Below the pieces are notes generated by a model. The model did no database searches. It was not told the origin of the DNA and saw only the letters and a list, made by a program, of their open reading frames with translations. Shown in pieces: positions 36,620 to 49,300 of a stretch of DNA of 64,000 bases (position 1 is the first letter of the stretch; every line of letters starts with the position of its first letter). The DNA lies in the NCBI RefSeq assembly GCF_036321535.1, contig NC_087436.1, positions 51,772,001-51,836,000 of the forward strand, in the 5' to 3' direction. The translations under genes were made by a program, and so were the position numbers. The stretch is from Camelus dromedarius (lineage: Eukaryota).

Positions 36620-38700
36620 AATACTCTGAATTCAAAAAAATATTTTATTATTAAAACGTTCAAACATACATACAAATTTAAAAACAGTAAAATGATGACC
36701 TATAACCCTGTATTAGTCATGGTTCTCCAGAGAAAAAGTGAGTCCAAAATATGATAAGGGACACCAAAAGACTGGAGACTCATGGACTAGTTGCACTTTG
36801 ACTTCACATATTTTTTACCCTCTCCTAGATGGTTGCCAAAAGACAGTTCTGCCTTCTTGTTCAGGGGAGGTCAGTCTTTGTTCTGTTAACAGACTTTCAA
36901 CTGACTGGATGAGATCCACCCACAATATGGAGGGTAATCTGCTTTTCTCAGAGTCCAGTGATTTGAATGTTAATCTCATCCAAAATACATCTTCACTGAA
37001 ACATTCAGAATAATGTTTGACCAAGTATCTGTGCAAGTTGACACATAAAATTAATCACTGTAGCCATAATCTAAATTTAACAACTGTTACTATTTTGCCA
37101 TATTTGCTTCACTTGCTTTTTTTTTTTTCTTGAGCATTTTAAGGTAAATTTACAGACATCCTGATATTTCACCCCATATACTCCAACATGCCTTCATAAA
37201 AATTAAGGAAATTCTCCATAACCACATTAACATTATTATACCCTGACAAAATTATCAATAATTCATATGTAACATCTAATTCCAAGCCAAGATTAGTTTT
37301 TCCCCAATTGTCTTAAAATGGTGTTTATACTTAGTTTGTTCAACCAAGATCCAATTAAAAACCACACAGAATTCAAGTTATGTCTCTTCAACCTTCTTTA
37401 ATCTAGAAAGTCCCCCAACCCATATCATGTTTCTCATTGATCTATCTCTAGTAGGATTTCCCAGATTCAAAATTTGACTGATTTAATCATGAATCATTTT
37501 AACTTCTCCCACTGTTTTGTTTTCTGTAAAGTGGAAGTTAGATTTAAAGATTAATTTGATTCAGATTAAAATTTTGGCAAAAATACCTCATAAGTTATGC
37601 TATGAACATCATTTTGTATCACATATCAATACTCCCAGTGTCAGCTTATCTCATGTGACCACAGAGTTAAGGTGGTGATGAATCCTTCCACTGTAAAATT
37701 ATTTTTCCTCATACATCCAGCTAAAATATGTAGGCTGAAACTTTGGAAACATGAAATTATTCAGTTATCCATCAATGCATCACTTAATGGTCTTTTTATC
37801 TACTGATGACTCTTGCCTAAATCAGTTAAACATTAGGGTTATAAAATGGTGATTGTTTGACTGTCATTTCTTAGCTGACTATTTTTTGTACAGAAGAGCT
37901 TACTCTCATAAACTAGGGCAAATTGGTGCTTCCAAAATAAAGCTCCTATTAGAAAGGCTGAATTGATGCTTATTCATTTCCCTTTAATCACTACTTTTGA
38001 CTATAGAATTAATGGAATAGCAATCTATAATGATTTTTAAAGTAAATTTTGTTAATTTGAGTTTTGTTGTTTATGTGCTATTGTTTACAGATGTTTCTTT
38101 TTCTGAGTAGCCTTGTGGACTAATGGATTTCTATATACCTGTGGTTTTGTCTGTATTATTGTCCTACTCAAATTGAAATGCTTCAGGTTTGCACCTGCAT
38201 CCTTTTTGATGGAAATCCTTTGGTTTTGGAAAGTGTTCTTGTTTTCTGGCACAAAAAGATACCCTGTCTACATTTCCTAGTCCAAACTTGAAATCAGTCC
38301 ATTATCAAAATGTTCTACTTCCTTTAGGAAGGAACAGCATTTAGAGATCAAAATCTGGACACTTGCAGTGCTAACGGATATTAAGCTGTCATTTTTCTAG
38401 ACCTTTCAGTGTATGAATAATCTTATATATTTAAAATCATGAGTTTATATTGATATTTCCAATTCAAATTTAAAATTTTTGTTTTTATGCTTTTTTATAC
38501 CAAAAATTTTTGTTTTATTTATTTTGTAATGATATCCACATAACTACTTCCTTGCCTTATCCTACAAAATATATAATTTCAAAAAACAATACAAATATTA
38601 CTACAAATAATAAAACTATTTTTAAAAGTTGAAAAGTTTTATTTTTTGTTCTTAGACTATGTCTCACTAAGAATGCATAATGAAAAAGTATTTTTATAGC
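36620..38700 (-). mobile_element. L1MC/L1MD-type 3' region hosting the MLT2 LTR
   Basis: TTTGCCATATTTGCTTCA...TACAGACATCCTGATATTTCACCCC...AAATTTTGGCAAAAATAC...TTTAGAGATCAAAATCTGGACACT. Confidence 0.65.
36709..37062 (-). mobile_element. MLT2B-like ERVL solo LTR carrying a foreign 46-bp insert
   Basis: TGTATTAGTCATGGTTCTCCAGAGAAA...CAGGGGAGGTCAGTCTTTGTTCT...CACCCACAATATGGAGGGTAATCTGCTTT...CAAGTTGACACATAAAATTAA are MLT2 hallmarks. Confidence 0.85.
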
Positions 38701-40072
38701 TGTATCTTTATACAATGCTCTTAGCCTCATTTTTCTTCACACAGTATTCATTAGTTCCTTACTAGGAGCAACAAATTATCAGCTTACAAACTTTTTCTAT
38801 TATTTACCTTCCCTTTGCCTATCACCTAACAACAAACATCCCATTTGAAACAATAATATTATGTTTTGATTACTATTTTTGCACTCTGAAATATGCTTAG
38901 GCTTCTTCTGTTCAATTGTCAGTTTTAAGTTACACCTACTGATGTCCAGTTTTTACCTATGAGGCAATCTTATCATACTTTTCTCCTTCATCTCTTTCTT
39001 CTCTCTTTTCTTCCTAAGTTGTTATTTTCACACTATCAGTGCATATAATACTAACATACTGTTTTTCACACATTTTGCCTATAATTGTTTTAGATCATTA
39101 ATTATAAATTCAATGTTGAACACCAATTCTTTCATCAAAGTTTCCCAAATTATCACTCCGGCAGATTTATCAAGAAAAGCATATCTGAATTTGCACATTA
39201 GTTTCAGTTTGTTCTTTTTTTATTTTTAAAGGTGTCAGATATTCCCAGCATTTTAGTCAGAAGAGGATTCTGTGGAGTGAGGTACAGGAGGTGACTGAAG
39301 GGGCTTTTCTGGTTCCTTAGCTTGAGGTTTCCCTTTTTTGTTAGTACAACAAAGGGAAGTTGTTTCATTATATGGTACATTTTTGTGGTCAGCCTTTCTC
39401 TGGTTCTTCATTCCTATCAGTGATTACTGACTACTGCTTTCAATGAACACCTCTAATTTCCAGGTTACTCCTCTTTTTATATCCAAGAATTGGTACCTTC
39501 TTAGGACTACCTATTCCAGTTCCATGCACTTTGAAGCCAGTTCCATTCAACGCCTCCATTGTAAGTTCTCTGAACTATTCTGTCTCACTTTTGCTTTCAG
39601 CAGTTCCCTTAGGATGGGACTCTCCTTCTGAAAGTAAGCTCTTACACGCACTGATGTTATGCGGCCTCTGTCACTGCCAGCATGCCTCTGTACTTCACAA
39701 TTTACTGTACAATTGTTTTCTGGGTTCTATGCAATATTAGGGGTCCTGGCAACAACTTTGTCTGTCTTGTGTGTTTTTCTCAAATTACATGCAAATTGGA
39801 GTTTATAGTCTTCTTGGTTTCCCAGTTACACTGTCAAGTAAGTTGTGAGAGTTTTAATTTGCTCTCCTTTTACTATATGTGGGTTTTAGTAGGAGGTTTC
39901 AGGTAATATCAATGTAGGTTGCTACCATTATCCTTTGGAGCTTAAAACTCCTAGATTTCTTCAGCTTAATTTACATTAAAAAATCCGTAATACTTAGAAG
40001 AAAATATTGGTTATTCTCTGTATGAATTTAGGATATGGAAGATTTTATTTAGCAAGACTTCCTTTAGAAAGT

Positions 40073-40455
40073 TGTATCAGTCTGCTCAGGCTGCCATAAT
40101 GATAGACTGGGTGGCTTAAATAACAAAAATTAATTTTTTCACAGTTCTGGAGGCTGCAAGTCCAAGATTAGGGGACTATCATGGTCAGGTTCTGGTGAGG
40201 ACTCTCTTCCTGGCTTGTAGACAGACAGCATTCTTGCTGCAGCCTCACATAACAGAGAGAGAGAGACAGAAACCAGAAACTCTCTGGTGTCTCTTCCTAT
40301 AAAGGCACTAGTCCCATCATAAGGGCCCCAACCTTGTGACCTCATCTAAGCAATAACATTATTCCCAAAGTACCCTCACTAAATATCATCATATTGAGAA
40401 CTGGGGCCCCAACATATGAATTTGAAATAGGGGGAGACACAATTCAGTCCACAGA
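40073..40455 (-). mobile_element. MLT1A-type MaLR solo LTR
   Basis: TGTATCAGTCTGCTCAGGCTGCCATAA...TCACAGTTCTGGAGGCTG...AATTCAGTCCA. 5-bp TSD AAAGT at 40068-40072 and 40456-40460. Confidence 0.9.
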
Positions 40456-40479
40456 AAAGTGGACGTCATATAGGGAAAG

Positions 40480-41130
40480 GCTGAAAAATTCAATCATATT
40501 AAATTTAAGAATTTTTGCTTATCTAAAAACATCATAAACAGACTAGAAAAAAAACTAAAAATTGGAAAAAATGTCTTATAGTTATAACTGACAAAAGATT
40601 ACTATTCAAAATACATAAAGAACATCAATGAATCAATATGGAAATGACAAAAAATCTGAGAAAAAATGAGCAAAGATATAAATAGCTATTTCATAAACAA
40701 ACAAAACTCCATGGTCTATTAACATATGAAATAGAATTCGAAACTTCATTTAATGTAATCCATAAAAACTTCATCCATGTAATCAAGGAAATGTTCATTA
40801 GAACCACAACGAATATAAATATACATCCACAAAGACCAACAAAAATGTTTTATAAGTCAGGCAACGTGCAATGAAAAGCAATGAACTATCAAGTCAAAAA
40901 AAACACAGATGTGTCACAAGTCAACAGTCATTATATCTTAGGGGTGCAGGTGGATAGCAATTGTCATAAGGTATGAGGACGGCTTCTGGGATAACATTCT
41001 GTTTTCTGATCTATGTGCTGGTTATACAGCTGTAAGCAGTAACTCATTTTGTAAAAACATCACTGAGTAGTAAAATATGACTTGTGCATTTTTATATGTT
41101 ATACAATACAATGTCAAATATTTTTTAAGT
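40480..41130 (+). mobile_element. Ancient L1ME 3' region
   Basis: ATAACTGACAAAAGATTACTATTCAAAATACATAAAGAAC...GAAAAAATGAGCAAAGATATAAATAG...TTTTGTAAAAACATCACTGAG. Confidence 0.65.
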
Positions 41131-42744
41131 TAAATTTTAAAGTAGAAATAAAGCAGAAACCTAAAAGATTTCAGGGTTAAATAGAAATAATAGAGAGGGG
41201 GAAAAATATCAAGCAAAAGTAACCATAAAAATTATGACATTAATAATTTAGGCAAGTCTATATGCACATGTCAATTGGGGGAAATCTATTTTTATATAAT
41301 TTATAAGGGATTTATGTAGAGTAACATGACAAAGAAAAATTTTAAATAAATGGATAAACCATGAAAATGCTAACATAAAAAAAACAAGAGGGGCACAAAA
41401 CAAAATAGAATTCAATAAAAAAGGTAATCAAGAATAAGAGAGTGATTGTACCTTGAAGGATAATACAGTCTAGTGAAATAATATTATGATTTAATAATAT
41501 AATAATACTATTTTATTATATTTATTATTTATTGATAATATTATTATTATTTAATGGTATGAGCCATGAGAATATTGAAGCTCTGCTCTCTTTGGACCAA
41601 CTTGGCATGAGATTGCTAAGTTAACAGCACCTCTCTTCTATATCCATGTTCTGAACCAATTCAGGGACAGAAAAAGAGTCAAATAAATGAAACTAAATTA
41701 GCAAAGCTGATATTAGAGGAAATGGCTTTTTTCTGTGGACACATAGGCTAGTGCATTCTGATAATAGACATGCGCACTAAATCACCAGTCTCATTAGACA
41801 CTTCAGGCTTGCCCTGTAAGGGCAGGTTCTTTACCACGAAGTTTATCACATATCCATGAGCAACTGAGCACACGCCATCTCTACAGAAAGGGCAGTAATG
41901 AAAAAGGGGATGAAAAGACAAAACTGTGCATGTCCAGTTCATCCCTAAATCACCAATTACTGAAGTTGCTCCCCGAAAAAGGAATGAGTAAGAAGGGCAG
42001 AAGAAGGTCAGTGGTGATATGCAACGACTGGCCTCCATTTGGCAGAGACTGCTACTTGTCACAAAAAGCCATACTCCCTTTCTTTAATAATAATTTTTTT
42101 TAATCTTTAGTTTTACTGGGTAGATGGATGTCCAACTGGACACTTCATTTCCAAAGTCTTCCCTGCAAGTTGATGGGTACATGCAACTAAGTTCTGGTTA
42201 ATGGAATGAAAATAAAGATTATTGTCATATACTAATCAAGGCTTTCAATGTTTATGTACTCCACTGGCTGGAAGAAGATAACAACTTCAGATCCAGCGTT
42301 GTAGTAGTCCTGAGGTGAGCAGCTCAGCTGTCGTCAGCTCTGCCACCCCCAAGTCCAATGTATAAGCCACTGTATTTCAGGCTGTCTTGGTTATTACCAC
42401 TTAGCCATTATCCTAAGTAGCACAAAATAAGTACCTGAAAGTACACTGATGTCAAAGTATAAACCTAAGAACAACAGATTAGCTATTAATTTGTAGATAG
42501 TGATGGCAAAGATACTGAATGATGGGAAGGTGACAATATTTATTGTGCTATGACAAACTGTCATCTTCCAAGGTGGGCTATATGCCCACAGAGTTCCATA
42601 ATTTTAGCAGAACTTATTAGTGTATGTTGGAAGCTCCTTAATACTTACAATAAATTCCTACTCAGGTTAATTATAAAAAGCGGCTCTGAAAAAAAAATAG
42701 GCATAGTAGGAGGAAAAGTCTCAGTCTTCAGAATGTCAAATTAA

Positions 42745-43412
42745 CTGAAGGAGGGGGACAAGATGGCAGAGTGGGGAGATCCTGGGCTTGCCTTCTCCCA
42801 CAAACACAGAAGTACAGAACTACAAAGACACCTACAGCAACTATGTCTGAGAATGACCTGAAGAACAGCAGAGAAAACTGTCCACAACTAAGAATAAAAA
42901 GAAAAAAAACACATTGAGACTAGTAGGAAGGGCAGAGGTGCAGTCTGGCTGGGCCCCATAGCCTCAGGTTAATGACCCAAGACTTACAAATGGACAACAG
43001 ACACATGAAAAGTTCAGTCTCGCTAATCATCAGGGAAATGCGAATCAAGATCACGATGAGATAGCACCACACACCTGTCAGAATGACTATCATTAAAAAC
43101 ACAGCAAATAACAAGAGTTCCTGAGAAAGTGGAGAAAAGGCAACACTTGTGCACTGTTGGTAGGAATGTAAACTGATGCAGCCACTGTGGAAAACAGTAT
43201 GGAGGTTCTTAAAAACTTAAAAAAAGAATTACCATACTACCCAGCAATTCCACTTCTTTCCACACCTTTTCTGAAGAAAACAAAAACACAAATTCAAAAA
43301 GATATATGCACCCCTATGATCACTGCAGCATTATTTACAATAGCCAAGATATGGAAACAACCTCGGTGCCCATCAACAGATGGATGAATAAAAAAGATGT
43401 GGTATATATGTA

Positions 43413-43458
<46 letters not shown>

Positions 43459-43934
43459 AGAATATTATTCAGCCATAAAAAAGAATGAAATCTTGCCACT
43501 TTCAACAATGTGGATGGATCTAGAAGGTATTATGCTAAGTGAAATAGGTTAGACAGAGCAAGATAAATGATATATGATTTCACTCATATGTGGAATATAA
43601 AAAAATGAACAAACAAAACAAAACAGAAATAGACTTAGAGATACAGAGAACAAACTGGTGGTTGCCAGAGGGGAAAAGGGTGGGGAGCTGGGTGAAGCAG
43701 ATGAAGGGGATTAAGAGGTACAAAACTCTAGTTATAAAATGAATAAATCATAGGGATGTAATGTATAATATAAGGAATATAGTTCAATAATACCATAATA
43801 ACTTTGTATGATGACAGATGTTACTAGACTTCAATATCAACTCACTATGTTGTTCATGTGAAACTAACAGAATATTATATATCAACTATAATTTTAAAAA
43901 AAAATACATGTTTCTATTGTATCATTAAAAAAAA
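42745..43934 (+). mobile_element. Internally deleted L1: 5' UTR start fused to ORF2 C-terminus and 3' UTR
   Basis: GGGGGACAAGATGGCAGAGT L1 5' start with YY1 core. ORF2 C-terminal remnant from ~42979 (ORF 43187-43387 ...KKELPYYPAIPLL...TAALFTIAKIWKQPRCPS). TSD AGAA(TG/CC)TCAAATTAA at 42730-42744 and 43935-43949. Confidence 0.8.
43416..43454. repeat. (TG)~19 microsatellite inside the L1 3' region
   Basis: TG run seen directly. Confidence 0.95.
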
Positions 43935-46089
43935 AGAACCTCAAATTAAGAGTTTTCTGCTAGACAATGAAAGGCAATGGGAGGTAAGCCAGCATTAAAA
44001 ATCCACTGTGTTTTTTACCCACTGAAACCTAAGTTTTCATGTGGCATCAAGGAAGCCAGAATAAAACTGAGGTAAAAAAAGATGGGTCAGGCAAAAGGCT
44101 TGATGTAATAAAAGAGGAAATCTGGAGGCCTTAATTTTTCTAAAGGGCATCTTTGACCATATAAACCAGGACCTTTCTAAGTCAGAGAAGGCAATTATAT
44201 TACAAAAAAATCATATACCTGATCCTCAAAAGCATGTGACTGTTTCATCCCCTGAAATAGTCCCCTGAGAGCCAAACCTAGTCAGCAGCATGCAGGGGGT
44301 GAAAGCTGTTCAACTTCTAGTCCTACTTCTGATGTGGCTACAAAAGAAAGTGGAGTAATGTTTGCCCTCAGAGGGCACATCCAGAGGCCACACTGAATAA
44401 TGGACTTAGGGAGTTCTGCCCAGGGAGCAGAATCAATGTCTAAAGGAAGAAGTTTCTCCATGATCAGAGCAGGGAGTCAGACCAAGTCCTTCCCAGCAAG
44501 AATTCTCTACAGCTGTGGTGCAGTAACTGCTGTGTGCTCCCTGCTCTTCCTTCTTCCACAGAAGACCTATTTTAAGTTAACTAGCTCAAACTCACCAGTG
44601 CAGAGAGGGTGTTAGGAGGGCCACAGATAACACATCAATCAGGTCAGAAGTCACAGGGCCGCAGGGAGCAACACTTTAATGTGGACACAACCAAAGTAAA
44701 GGACTTTCAGATTTTTATTTCAGGGAGACTGGAGTATGTTATAGATGTGGAAAGAAGGACAGGAACCCATGGAGCAGAGTCTGGCAGTGACAGCTAGTTG
44801 TCCACTAATTTCCATTCTTCCCTCCTTTAATTATAGAAATCCTGAATTACAGCTGTCCATTTATACTAAAGAAGAGATTAATATCCAGAATCTAAAGACA
44901 GTTTTTAAAAGCAAAAAACATAAAGAAAGAAAGATTCAACAGAGTAACAGGGCTCCTCTGGCTAGAGATGGCCAACTGAATTTTTGAATTACCATTGAAT
45001 TCCCCTCCCAGTCTACACTTCACCCTCCATCATAACAAATAAATAAGAGTGAAGGGATAAAAAGGAGGGCGGGAGGTTCCACTCACATAGGCAACAGGAT
45101 CAGGAGAGTAGCAACGGCACTTCGGAAGCTGGGGACAGTGGTAACTGACACAGCGATCCTAAATAAACTGAACCCTCCATGGGCAGTGGGGGAAACAGAA
45201 ATGCTGATATCATGATGTTTGCTGCTAATCCCCCAGAAGACTTAAGAATGGCAGCTAGGGTAGCTCAGGAGGTGAGGTCGAAGGTGGAGTTAAAATGGAG
45301 AATTGTCTTAAAGTCAGTTTAGGAAACAGCAGTTAGACTTGATAATCTCTTCCTTCACTTCACACACTGGGCAACTGCTCCCACACCCAGTAAACGTGGT
45401 GGCTTCTCCTTCCCTCCCATTGGTTACCAATCCCAGGGAAGGATTCTAAATACTTCTGCCCATTGCATCGTGGTATCAAAATTACCAAGAAGAACACAAT
45501 CAAGCACTGGGTGGAACAATGCTTTACTTACACAGAGAACAGACAGTGCAACACCACCTTCTACAGTGGGCATTAGTCCCCTGTGGCCAGCAGGGCCAAT
45601 GCAGGGCACTTTGCCTACTGCACCCTTCTTGTGCCACAGTAGAAAAACCCTGTTCCCTCCCAGTGGTGGATGGATAGAACAGTGGGCTTGACCAGGTGCC
45701 ATACAAAGCACAGACTACAGACTTCAAGCAAAGACAAAAGTGCATTCTGTGAGCCTGAAACAGGGGAGAATATTCTTATACAGATGAAAAGCTTGGCACA
45801 GGCTGTATAGACTATTTTTCTCTTAGGAGGAAGTGTTCCAAGCCAAAAGCCCATTTTTACATGATTGAGCGGGGGTCAAATGACAGCACATGAGACTGCC
45901 CTTCCCAACAATTAACATCCCACTAGACTACATGAGTAAAGAGATGTGAGAAGACATCACCTTGAGGTGAAACAGTGAAGGTGCACTTCTGTTCATGTCA
46001 AGTGAAAATGACATGCTTTTCATCATCTTGCCAATTCCTATGATGTGGTAGGTTTCTTGCAAACACAGATGCAATAGTTTGTCACATCC

Positions 46090-46320
46090 CTCTATGACAC
46101 TTCTTGGCAAGAGGATGTGGCCATTCTTCACGTGAAGGAGCATGTATTCCTCTACCCCTCAAATCTGAACTGGCTGTGTAACTTGCATTGATCAAAAGAA
46201 TACAGTGGAAGTGATGCTGTAAGACTCCTAAATCTACACCTCCAGAGGCCTTGAAGCTTCTGCTCTCATCCTCTCTCTGCTTAGTCTGACTTGTGAAGAA
46301 GTCATCAAAATGGCCCCAAG
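46090..46320 (+). mobile_element. MLT1F/G/H-type MaLR LTR fragment
   Basis: CCCCTCAAATCTGAACTGGCTGTGTAACTTGCATTGATCAAAAGAATACAGTGGAAGTGATGCTGT...AGAGGCCTTGAAGCTTCTGCTCTC. Confidence 0.6.
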
Positions 46321-49300
46321 GGATATGATATCCTTTTGTTTTACTGTTTTGGAGGTAAGGGGCAGCTCCAAGGGTTTCCCTTGTCCCACCTTCACACATA
46401 GGGAGGCAATGTGGAGGTTGTTCAGTGGCCAGGAGTGTTTATCCCAACTCTGCACTCAGGATCTGAGAAGATAGCCATAAGGAGGGTCTGTGGGCCTATT
46501 GGACCCTTTGTGAAATGAAATCAACCTTGTAAAATTTTCAGCACAGACATGACATCTGTCACTTCCACTGGAGCCCAAATACATGTCTACTCCTAACTAT
46601 AAGGGGTCTGGGAAACATGCAGAAAACATGGATATTGGTTGTAAATTCTCTGTCACAACTGTCTAGCACCTTTTGTTGGCAAGAAAAAAAAAACAGCTTC
46701 AGTTTTATTCCTCTGTAGGTAACTTTGTCAATTTTGTTTTGTTTACTTAGGTATTTTATGGTATTTTTTCTTTATCTTTGTTGTTTAAATGCTTCCCAAG
46801 GTGAATCTAAGTATAGATTTATTTTCATTGATTTTGCTGGGAACTGCTATCGTAAGTCTCCAACTATTTCCTACCTGATTGTTTTCTGAAAGTCGCTATC
46901 TCTGGATGGTGATGTCAGTGTTAGCAGTGAAAAGGAAGGTGGAAAAAACCAAGAGGCAGAGACAAAAAAAAGTTATTTATACCGTACAGATCAAAGTAGT
47001 AAGGTAGAGGAAAAATAATACATTCCTTTGGTTGGCACAGACCTTGAATTTCTGAGTCCACTGACATAGTGGGAAAGTCATAAATTATCTTTCTGCTTTT
47101 TTTCTCAAGTAGCAAGGCAAAATCTAACTGTGCTATGATGTCAAGCCAAATTTGGGCTTTTAAAACTTAGTTCTATCTGCCATATAGAAATGGAAGATTT
47201 CCATAGTTTTCAATAAACTGTCTGTTGTTTGTACCTTTCAGTATAACGAATGTCAGATTTTGCCATGTTTTCTTTAGTTTTATGCAAGGTTGGAAGAGAC
47301 TGCATAGACATGTGCCTTTTTAATCTAGAAAGCAGTTTACTAATTTAACATATTGTTGATCACACTGTATCTTCAAAGCTGAGGTTACACTAGCACTTTG
47401 AGAACATGAGATTTGGAGTGGTCGAAGTATCCTGCTCTGTGCAGTGAAAGTTTCACCAAATTCAGGAGTGTACTTAGTGCTCACTGGCTCCCCTACGCCT
47501 TCTGTAACACGACAAGATATTCCAAAACCTCCTCAGAAACACTAGGTTAACTTGCACTCTCTTCACTGCCTGTATGTTTCCGAGGCCAGCCCTAAATCCT
47601 ACCTGACATGGAAACTCACCAGCACAACATGCAAAAGAAGAAAAAAATACAAAGAAGGAAATGAAAAGAAAATGAATGCTTCAGACTGAATGTTTCTATT
47701 TAAAGAAGTCTGGTGAATGTATTTCCTCATTGAGGGAGAATTCAGGTAGAACAAAGCAGTTTCTGACCCGTGTGTTTTCTTTTTCTATCCTCCCTATGTC
47801 CTATCTATTTTCTCATTTGAGCAATTCATAGAAAATAAAGAGAGCCTAGAGACAGAAGCTACCATAGGCAAAAGCAGAATGAATCATAAAAAGGTGCCCT
47901 GCTGGACAACTGTCAGACTCTAGAGCTGTCCACTGGTTCCTAGCACACCAGCCCAACATGAACACTTGCTTATGACTAAAGAGGGACAGAGGTTTTTTTT
48001 ATTTTTTTGCTTATAATTCCTGCACCTCAATTGTTGATTATCTGTGTGTTCATCTACCAGGGATATATTGAGTAGAAATAAGTATGTATGTCTGATGCAT
48101 ATCTTTTACATTTCTCTGATGACCAACCTATTTTGAAATAAGAAAAATGTAGAAAATACTGTAGAGCTCCTCAGTAGTCATGCGTTTAATTTAGGGGGGA
48201 AAATAAATTTTTAACAAAACTGCAAATTTCTTTAATTCTCTGCCAAAATTCTCTATTTGCCATGCCCTCACTCAGGTGGCTCCATGTAAGAAACAGTAGC
48301 AAGTCAGCTGTAATATATCTTAATTTTTAAAAAAGTCATTAGGCTAGCCATAATTTTTCCTCAGGAAAAAGTCCTTTGTGCATAAAAGAGTATTAGGATA
48401 TGTGATAGAATGAGAACCTTCTAAGAAAGGAATGATATTTTCAAGTCATTAAAATTTTTTTCTAATGTTTATGATGTCACTTTTATAGTGTCATTCATAG
48501 GACTAGAGTGAAGATGAAAAAACACTTAGCTGGAGAACTACACATTGTATAAAAACTGTATGCATTTTTATTGACCTCTTGTCCAGAAAGTCAATGGAAA
48601 TTTGAGAATATTTATTAGAATATTGATAATAGATAAATATCATCTGCCATTTTCCATTTTCTTGTGAAACATACAGTTACCACAATTCTTAAGATCAGTA
48701 TGACTGTTTCTTAAATCTCTAATGTAATTTTCTAGCTTTTTGCAAATGCATATACTTATATTCTTCAAAAGGATTTAAGGTAGATTACAGAAATAAATGT
48801 AATGTAAGAACATTTTATAACCCAAATTTGGCATAAATAGTATTTAAACACAAGTAACTACACTTGATTGTTCCAGGATTCTGACTAAAATGATAAAAGG
48901 AATATATAAATAAGATATAAGGCACCAGCATTGGAAAATAGACAAGGTGCTATTCATATCACAAAATTCAAGAAATACATCATTGCTGAGGGAACCAAAA
49001 GAAAAGAAGACACAGTAAGCAGATTTAGAACTTTTCTTTTTGAGAAAGCAGTACAACGTTTCAGGGAGTAACCTTAGGGTTTACTGGAAAATTTTAAACT
49101 CTCTATAAAATTTTTTAAAAATCATGCAACAAAAATAGCAATTTAGCTAAACCATTTGGTTTAACAGAGCAATCAAGAAACTTTAACTCGAAAAGAAATT
49201 GAGAAATAAATATTATTCAAGACTAGAACCTACTAAATAAGGCTTTACTGAATAAAGAAGATCAATTACATGATTAAGATAGTAAACACTAATGTGGAAT

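Noticed and set aside
44363..44377. Perfect palindrome TGCCCTC-A-GAGGGCA, CTCF-like
   Set aside because: 7-bp arms occur by chance at this window size, it mismatches the CTCF core at two positions, and it sits in LTR-like sequence.
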